Source: Squalus acanthias (lineage: Eukaryota). From it: 64,000 nucleotides of DNA. The stretch spans positions 124,001 through 188,000 of the forward strand of contig JASTWF010000034.1 in NCBI GenBank assembly GCA_030390025.1, given 5' to 3'. Each line of letters begins with the position of its first letter. Position 1 is the stretch's first letter. The position numbers and the translations under genes are program-made. Of this stretch, positions 58,601 through 64,000 are shown in pieces. A model generated the notes under the pieces. That model searched no databases, was not told where the DNA came from, and was given only the letters and a program-made list of their open reading frames with translations.

Positions 58601-58995
58601 TTCTCCTTAGAGCAGAGAAGGTTGAGAGGAGATCTGATGGAGGTGTTCAAAATCATGAGAGGTCTAGACAGAGTAGATAGAGAGAAACTGTTCCCATTGG
58701 CAGAAGGGTCGAGAACCAGAGGACACAGATTTAAGGTGATTGGCAGAAGAACCAAAGGTGATATGAGGAAAAACTTTTTTAAGCAGCGAGTGGTTAGGAT
58801 CTGGAATGCACGGCCTGAAAGGGTGGTGGAGGCAGATTCAATCACGGCTTTCAAAAGGGAGTTGGATAAGTACCTGAAGGAAAAAATTTGCAGGGCTACG
58901 GGGAAAGGGCGGGGGAGTGGGACTAGCTGAGAGCCGGCACGGGCTCGACGGGCCGAATGGCCGCCTTCCGTGCTGTAACCATTCTATGATTCTAT
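55630..58995 (+). mobile_element. Decayed near-full CR1 (ORF1 C-terminus plus frameshifted ORF2)
   Basis: VHISTND, EGLHLN..GLN*, YVNARS, ITETWL, MGDFN, RT and (ttctatga)n tail. Confidence 0.9.
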
Positions 58996-59029
58996 GACCT
59001 CAACACTTTCCCGTCCTCTCCCTGATGGA

Positions 59030-61660
59030 CTAAGTGTAATTTATCTGGATTTTCAAAAGGCCTTCGATAAGGTACCCCATAATAGACTGATGAACAAGGT
59101 CAGAGAATGCGGAGTCAGGGGACAAGTAGCAGATGGATTGCTGGCTGGCTTCAGGACAGAAAGCAGAGAGTGGGAGTAAAGGGCAGCTATTCACAGTGGC
59201 AGAAGGTGGGGAGTGGTGTTCCACAAGGATCAGTGCTGGGACCACTGCTCTTCACAATTTACATTAACGATTTAGACTTTGGAATCAAAAACACAATTTC
59301 TAAATTTGCAGATGACACCAAAGGGGGCGGGGCCAGTCAATACTGAGGAGGACAGCAACAAATGGGGCGGGGCTAGTCAATACTGAGGAGACTGCAACAA
59401 AGGGGGCGGGGCTAGTCAATACTGAGGAGACTGCAACAAAGGGGGCGGGGCTAGTCAATACTGAGGAGACTGCAACAAAGGGGGCGGGGCTAGTCAATAC
59501 TGAGGAGACTGCAACAAAGGGGGCGGGGCTAGTCAATACTGAGGAGACTGCAACAAAGGGGGCGGGGCTAGTCAATACTGAGGAGACTGCAACAAAGGGG
59601 GCGGGGCTAGTCAATACTGAGGAGGAGTGCAACAAAAGGGGCGGGGCTAGTCAACACTGAGGAGACTGCAACAAAGGGGGCGGGGCTAGTCAATACTGAG
59701 GAGTCTGCAACAAAGGGGGCGGGGCTACTCAATACTGAGGAGACTGCAACAAAGGGGGCGGGGCTAGTCAATACTGAGGAGACTGCAACAAAGGGGGCGG
59801 GGCTAGTCAATACTGAGGAGACTGCAACAAATTACAAGACATTAATAAACTTGAAGAATGGGCAAATAATTGGCAAATGAAATTCAACACAGATAAATGT
59901 ATTACATTTTGGTAAGACAAAAAGGGCGGTCACTTATTACTTGGAAAATAAGAATCTAAGTGGGATAGAAGAGCAAAGGGATCTCTGAGTACAAATACAC
60001 AAATCACTAAAAGTAGCAACACAAGGCCATAAAATAGCAAACCAAGCACTAGGGTTTATTTCTAGAGGGATTGAATTGAAAAGTAGGGAAGTTATGCTAA
60101 ACTTGTATCGAACCTTGGTTAGACCACACTCAGAGTACTGTGTATAATTCTGGTCGCCATATTATAAAAAGGATATCGAGGCACTAGAGAGGGTGCAGAG
60201 AAGATTTACAAGGATGATACCAGAAATGCGAGGGTGGATGAACAGGCTGGCTCTCTTTTCTCTTGAAAAGAGAAGGCTGAGGGGTGACCAAATAGAGGTC
60301 TTTAAAATTATGAACGGTTTCGATAGAGTAGACACAGAGTCATAGAGTCATAACGGCACAGAAGGAGGCCATTCGGCCCATCGAGTCCGTGCCGGCTCTC
60401 TGTAGAGCACTCCAGTTAGTCCCATTCCCCCGCTCTATCCCCGTAGCCCTGCAAGTTTATTTCCCTCAAGTGCCTATCCAGATTCCCCTTGAAAACATTG
60501 AGTGTCTCCGCTTCCACCACTTCCGTCAGCAACGAGTTCCAGGTTCTCACCACTCGCTGTGTAAAAAAGTTTTTCCTCACATCCCCACTGTATCTCTTGC
60601 CCAAAACCTTAAATCTGTGTCCCCCTAGTCCTTGTACCATCAACCAGTGGGAACAGCCTTTCCCCGTCTAGCCTATCCAAACCCATCATAATCATGTACA
60701 CCTCCATCAAATCACCCCTCAACCTCCTTTGCTCCAAAGCAAACAAATCCATCTTCTCCAACCTGTCCTTGTAGCTAAGATCCCCCATCCCCAGAACCAT
60801 TCTAGTAAATCTCCTCTGCACCCTCTCAAGGGCCTTCACATCCTTCCTAAAGTGTGGTGACCAGAACTGGACGCAATACTCCAGTTGAGGACTAACCAGT
60901 GCTTTATAAAGGTTCAGCATAACTTCTCTACTTTTGTACTCAATACCTCTATTTATGAAGCCCAAGATCCCATATGCTTTGTTAACCATTCTCTCAATAT
61001 GTCCTGCCACCTTCAGGGACCCATGCACATTAACTCCCAGGTCCCTCTGTCCCTGCACACTCTTTAAAACTGTGCCATTAAGTGTATATTGCCTCTCCCT
61101 GTTCCTTCTGCCAAAATGCATCACCTCAAACTTCTCTGTATTAAATTCCATCTGCCACTTGTCTGCCCATTCTGCTAGCCTTTCTATGTCCTGTTGCATT
61201 CGATTGGTATCATCATCACTGTTTGCCACACCCCCAAGTTTGGTGTCAACGGCAAATTTAGAAATTCTACTCTGTATTCCAATATCCAGGCCATTTATAT
61301 TTATATATCTATATCTATATCTATATATCTATCAAAACAAGAGTGTTTCCACTTGTGGGGAAGAGCAAAACTCGAGTCCATCAATATAAGATAGTCACCA
61401 AGAAATCCAATAGGGAATTCAGAAGAAACTTCTTTACCCAGAGAGTGGTGAAAATGTGGAACTCACTACCACAGGGAGTGGTTGAAGCGAATAGTATAGA
61501 TGCATTTAAGGGGAGACTAGATAAGCATATGAGGGAGAAGGGAAGAGAGGGTTTTGCTGATAGTTAGATGAGTCATGGGAGGAGGCTCGAGTGGAGCATT
61601 AACACCGGCATGGACGGGTTGGGCCAAATGGCCTGTTTCTGTGCCGTATATCCTGTGTAA
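59030..61660 (+). mobile_element. CR1 RT fragment with an internal minisatellite, interrupted by an antisense CR1 (about 60338-61300)
   Basis: YLDFQKAFDKV and KFADDTK. Resumes near 61340 (FPLVGKSKTR). Minus-strand ORF 60609-61229. Confidence 0.83.
59322..59830 (+). repeat. 39-bp tandem repeat, 13 copies, derived from CR1 RT coding sequence
   Basis: Unit gggggcggggctagtcaatactgaggagactgcaacaaa immediately after the FADDTK codons. Confidence 0.92.
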
Positions 61661-61972
61661 TGTAATCCTAACCCGTGCTGTACCTGCCCTGGGAGTGTTT
61701 GATGGGACAGTGTAGAGAGAGCTTTACTCTGTATTTAACCCGTGCTGTACCTGCTCTGGGAGTGTTTGATGGGACAGTGTAGAGGGAGCTTTACTCTGTA
61801 TCTAACCCGTGCTGTACCTGTTCTGGGAGTGTTTGATGGGACAGTGTAGAGGGAGTTTTACTCTGTATCTAACCCGTGCTGTACCTGACTGGAGATAGTT
61901 TGATGGGAATGTGTAGAGGGAACTTTACTCTGTATCTGACCCGTGCTGTACCTGACTGGAGATAGTTTGACA

Positions 61973-62401
61973 GGGCAACACGGTGGCATAGTGGTTAGCA
62001 CTGGTGCCTCACAGCGCCAGGGACCCGGGTTCGAATCTGACCTCGGGTGACTGTCTGTGTGGAGTTTGCACATTCTCCCCGTGTCTGCGTGGGTTTCCTC
62101 CGGGTGCTCCGGTTTCCTCCCACAGTCCAAAAATGTGCGGGTTAGGTTGATTTGGCTATGATAAATTGACCCTTAGTGTTAGGGGGGGATTAAATATGTG
62201 GGGTTATGGGGATAGGATGGGATATGTTAGGGGGAATTAAATACGTGGGGTTACGGGGGTAGGGTGGGATATGTGTACTGTGGGGATTAAAGCAGGGACA
62301 GGGTACTGGATTTGGATGATCAGCCATGATCGTATTGAAAGGTGGAGCAGGCTCGACGGGCCGAATGGCCGACTCCTGCTCCTAGATTCTATGTTTCTAT
62401 G
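61973..62401 (+). mobile_element. V-SINE (HE1-like), second copy
   Basis: Near-identical to 5552-5970. Confidence 0.88.
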
Positions 62402-62939
62402 TGATGTAAACCCATCAGCTTCTTAATGGAGTATTAAAGTTGGTGACACTGGACACTTGAACCTGCAAATTAATAGGACAAGGGGTTCGCTAGAATCTTA
62501 CACCCCAAGTCTCTCTTCTCTACTCCTTTCAAAGTTCTAACATTTCATGTTTAGATTTTAGGAGGAAGAAAAATGTATCACCTCCCATTTCTCTGCGTTA
62601 ATCTTCATCGGCCATCTGCCTGCCCCATTTATAACCTGTGTATTCACTGAAGTCACTGACAGGCCTTTCACAGTTGGCCAAGGTCCCTTTTTTGGTGTCA
62701 TCGAGAGACTTTGGTCTTGTGCCCCACAAACCCAAGCCCAGAACATTTCTCTATATTGAGAAGAGCAATGGTGCCAACACTGACCCTGGGGGACACCACT
62801 GTTTACATCCCTCCAGTCTGAAGAACATCATTAACCAGAACTCTCTGTTCTCTGCCCTTTACCCAACTTCCTATCCGCGCTGCCCCACTCCCTTTAATAC
62901 CCTGAGCCTTAATTTGATCAACAAGCCTCCGGCCCTCAC

Positions 62940-63267
62940 CCGTGTTGTTGATGAGGAGCAGCCGCTCCGGAGGTCCGTCCTGGTCCTGGCCACCGGTGAC
63001 CGAGCTCAGCACCCGCTGCACCGCCTCTGCCTCACTGAGCTTGGCTTCCACACGGCTCACCCTCAACCCGCCGCCCAGCAGAGCCGCTGCTTCCAGCACC
63101 TGGCGCTCCACCTCCCGCAGGTTGTCCCCAGACCTGGCCATCAGCACCAGGTGGGAGCCAGCCCGCAGCCTGGGAGCCAGCACCAGGGACAGCCTCTTCC
63201 CCAGACCCCTGGAGGCGCCCATGATGATGCACAGGCTCTTGCCGAGGTCCCTCAGTCCTCCATCCAT
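62940..63267 (-). CDS. spr: Sepiapterin reductase-like (SDR family) first coding exon
   Basis: MDGGLRDLGKSLCIIMGASRGLG...GSHLVLMARS...GLRVSRV...RLLLINNTG resembles the vertebrate SPR N-terminus. Ends at donor G|GTGAGG at the NNAG position where SPR exon 1 ends. Confidence 0.78.
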
Positions 63268-63464
63268 CCTCGCCACTTCCTCTCGCATCAGATCCGACTC
63301 CTGCTGATCTGTATCTTGTCAGCACCAGCCATCTGCACTTTGATCAGACTGGGCAACTGGCCAGTATTGTTGCAGTCTAGAATTTTTTTAATTCATTCTC
63401 GGGATGTGAGCATCACTGGTAAAGCCAGTATTTATTGCCCATCCCTAGTTGCCCTCGAGAAAAG

Positions 63465-64000
63465 AATAAGAATTAGGAGCAGGAGTGGGTCATACGGCCC
63501 CTCGAGCCTGCTCCACCATTCAATAAGATCATGGCTGATCTTCGACCTCAACTCCACTTTCCAGCCCGATCCCCGTATCCCTTGATTCCAAAAATCTATC
63601 GATCTCAGCCTTGAATATACTCAACGACTGAGCATCCACAGCACTTTGGGGCAGAGAATTCCAAAGATTCACAACCCTCTGAGTGAAGAAATTCCTCCTC
63701 ATCTCAGTCTTAAATGGCCGACCCCTTATCCTGAGACTATGCCCCCTAGTTCTAGACACTCCAGCCAGGGGAAACAACCTCTCAGCATCTACCCTGTCAA
63801 TCCCCTTCAGAATCTTATGTTTCAATGAGATCACCTCTCATTCTTCTAAACTCCAGAGAGTATAGGCCCATTCTACTCAATCTCTCATCATAGGACAGCC
63901 CTCTCATCCCAGGAATCAATCTAGTGAACCTTCGTTGCACCGCCTCCAAGGCAAGTATGTCCTTCCTTAGATAAGGAGACTGAAACTGTGCACAGTACTC
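63465..64000 (-). mobile_element. CR1 3' fragment (runs off the right edge)
   Basis: DRVDAERLFPLAG..RGHSLRIRG..FTQRVVNLWNSLP plus 3' hairpin. Confidence 0.85.

Noticed and set aside
62638..63585. 315-aa plus-strand ORF
   Set aside because: Antisense shadow of the GC-rich SPR-like exon plus CR1 fragments.

Overview
Eukaryotic, repeat-dense vertebrate DNA, most likely from a cartilaginous fish (shark/ray). That assignment is inferred from HE1/V-SINE-like and Deu-domain SINEs and abundant CR1 LINEs. The backbone is a cluster of C2H2 zinc-finger genes with no KRAB domain seen: four long copies (two with intact ATG-started ORFs), one fragment and two orphan 3'UTRs, with CpG-rich promoters. One promoter is a palindromic bidirectional promoter. 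More than half the window is nested retroelements. These include many CR1 copies (one full-length with both ORFs open), a Penelope-like element with a hammerhead ribozyme fused in frame to a CR1 RT, a tandem LTR-int-LTR-int-LTR endogenous retrovirus with a tRNA-Ser(CGA)-like PBS, solo LTRs, L2 and Tx1 fragments, SINEs and several minisatellites. A sepiapterin-reductase-like first exon lies at the right end. Four observations stand out. (1) All three CR1 ORF1/ORF2 junctions end in the slippery heptamer T_TTA_AAC directly before the stop, with the -1 frame open into ORF2, which suggests programmed -1 frameshifting. (2) All four ZNF paralogs share a leader of three dead fingers with two in-frame TGA codons. 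(3) Two divergent ZNF genes appear to share an inverted-repeat promoter. (4) Tx1 fragments appear to have inserted repeatedly at one 14-bp target. All coordinates were read by eye and no searches were run.
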